Made by a program: the position numbers and the translations under genes
The notes under the pieces: model-generated
Seen by the model: the letters and a program-made list of their open reading frames with translations, nothing else
What the model was told of the DNA's origin: nothing
Databases searched by the model: none
Shown: positions 62,520 through 64,000 of the stretch, piece after piece
Position numbering within the stretch: position 1 is the first letter of the stretch
Layout: each line of letters opens with the position of its first letter
NCBI GenBank assembly: GCA_963665815.1
Contig: OY762463.1
Location: 928,001-992,000 of the forward strand
DNA: 64,000 bases
Direction: 5' to 3'
Source of the DNA: Candidatus Cloacimonadales bacterium
GTDB taxonomy: Bacteria > Cloacimonadota > Cloacimonadia > Cloacimonadales > JAIOQZ01

Positions 62520-63930
62520 CAAACTCCTCAGCTCAGGAAATAGTTACATCCAGCTCAACAGAAACCAGATTGTATTTTTTAATTCAATAAGTAATTATGA
62601 TATTGTTGTTGATTCCGGGACCTGGCGAAGTGGAAAATCCTTCGGGCTCTGTCTTTTTGCAATTCTTCGAATGAAGAAATATCCGGGTATCAGACAGTTC
62701 ATTGGTCGCAAGGAAATGTCATCTCTGAAAGAAACCACATTCCTTAAATTTCTGGAAATTCTTACGGTGTTCTTCAACTTAACTGAGAAAACAGACTTTA
62801 AAGTTGTTACTACTCCAAGACCACAGATTACTTTCCCAAATGGATCTGTCTGTGTTTTCGGTGATTTGGATACAACCCGTGTAAATAAATGGCTTTCTGC
62901 CGAATATTCTGATGTCATGATAGATGAAGGACAAGAAATCTCAGAGATTGCCTTTGATAAAATCAGATCCAGACAAACTCAAACAATTATTGAGAAGCAT
63001 TCAAAAGGAAAATCCTGCAATAAATGTATCATGGTAATGAATCCCCCGGAAACAGCCGAGAGACATTGGACACACAGTAAATTCAGAAATCCTGCCACGA
63101 AAGTAAAGAATTCAATCATTATCTACTCAACACTTAAAAATAATACTCAGAATATTCCGGGAAATTATCTCGAAAATATGCTGAACTCTGTGGACAAAAA
63201 CATTGCTGACATTTACTTGAATGGAATGTGGAAGCCACTTAATACACACCTTGTTTATCCTGATTACAATTTTCATCAGGACTCTGACGGTAACTATAAT
63301 GAAGGTGGTAATCTTAAGTTTCTTAACTACAGAGACGATCTTGATAACTATATGTCTATTGATTTTGGCTGGGTGCATCCAATGTCAATAGGCTGCTGGC
63401 AATACGACAGAAACAATAACAAATTGTACAGACTTTATGAGGTTGTAGAATCATTCATGAAACCTGAAAAATACTGTACTCTTCTGCAAGGTGAAAAGAT
63501 CATTCATAACAATCGAGAATATAAGCTCCCTTTCTCAATTATGGATTCAGTTATAGTTGTTGGACCCGAATGCAGACAGAGAAGACAGGAAAGCAGCGGT
63601 AAAAGCAATCTTGATATAATGAAATCGCACTTCAAAAACAAGTTCAAGATAAATATAAAAATTGTGAGTACTTCTATACAGAAATCCATACTTGCAGTCA
63701 GAGCCATGATTCTTGATGCATCAGGGAACAGACATCTTTTCATTGATCCAAGGCATAATACAAGATTTATAAAAGACTGCTGCAGTTATCATTATCCTGT
63801 AGATAAAGAAGGTAATATAACGAGTGAAGACCCGGAAAAAGACAATATTTCTGATCATACACAGGATGAAACACGATATTTAATAAGCTACTTATATAAA
63901 AGAGGAAACACAAACTGGCAAACATCATAG
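62503..63930 (+). CDS. terL: Terminase large subunit (PBSX-like)
   Basis: Walker A GTWRSGKS, Walker B VMIDE, MNP, nuclease SIDFG and DHTQDETRY. Confidence 0.9.
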   Translation: MENQYNKLLSSGNSYIQLNRNQIVFFNSISNYDIVVDSGTWRSGKSFGLCLFAILRMKKYPGIRQFIGRKEMSSLKETTFLKFLEILTVFFNLTEKTDFKVVTTPRPQITFPNGSVCVFGDLDTTRVNKWLSAEYSDVMIDEGQEISEIAFDKIRSRQTQTIIEKHSKGKSCNKCIMVMNPPETAERHWTHSKFRNPATKVKNSIIIYSTLKNNTQNIPGNYLENMLNSVDKNIADIYLNGMWKPLNTHLVYPDYNFHQDSDGNYNEGGNLKFLNYRDDLDNYMSIDFGWVHPMSIGCWQYDRNNNKLYRLYEVVESFMKPEKYCTLLQGEKIIHNNREYKLPFSIMDSVIVVGPECRQRRQESSGKSNLDIMKSHFKNKFKINIKIVSTSIQKSILAVRAMILDASGNRHLFIDPRHNTRFIKDCCSYHYPVDKEGNITSEDPEKDNISDHTQDETRYLISYLYKRGNTNWQTS

Positions 63931-63944
63931 AAAAAGGAGGGATT

Positions 63945-64000
63945 ATGAGTTTAATAAGAGAATCATTAATGAGGGCAAAATGGAATGATGACATGGCAAG
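63945..64000 (+). CDS. 5' end of next gene (portal expected by synteny), truncated by window
   Basis: AAGGAGG RBS, then MSLIRESLMRAKWNDDMA; product inferred from position only. Confidence 0.35.
   Translation, partial: MSLIRESLMRAKWNDDMA

Overview
Low-GC chromosomal window from an anaerobic diderm bacterium. FlgD-Ig C-terminal sorting domains, BamA, IOR and a TPR histidine kinase suggest Cloacimonadota or a related FCB lineage (inference). 1-13 kb is the end of a surface-polysaccharide synthesis/modification operon: TagF-like enzyme, sulfotransferase, GT4s, methyltransferases, pyruvyl transferase, two tandem FrhB-like Fe-S proteins and a deacetylase. 13-52 kb holds housekeeping and accessory genes: an M1 pseudo-peptidase plus a broken paralog, LTA-synthase family, S1 protein, an intact IS3 splitting a gene, trpS, iorAB, bamA, tRNA-Pro, tRNA-Val, dtd, SPFH and an APC transporter. 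52.9-64 kb is a compact, apparently intact virion morphogenesis cluster. It has a BPP-1-like capsid and cement, a siphovirus-type tail with an intact -1 G/GT frameshift, a very short tape measure, and terminase placed after the tail genes. No integrase, repressor or replication gene lies at its visible left edge, and a loxP-like 13-8-13 site precedes it. This is the best candidate for an undescribed system (gene-transfer-agent-like or domesticated prophage). It continues beyond the window, so an ordinary or cryptic prophage cannot be excluded. All product calls come from motif reading, not database searches.
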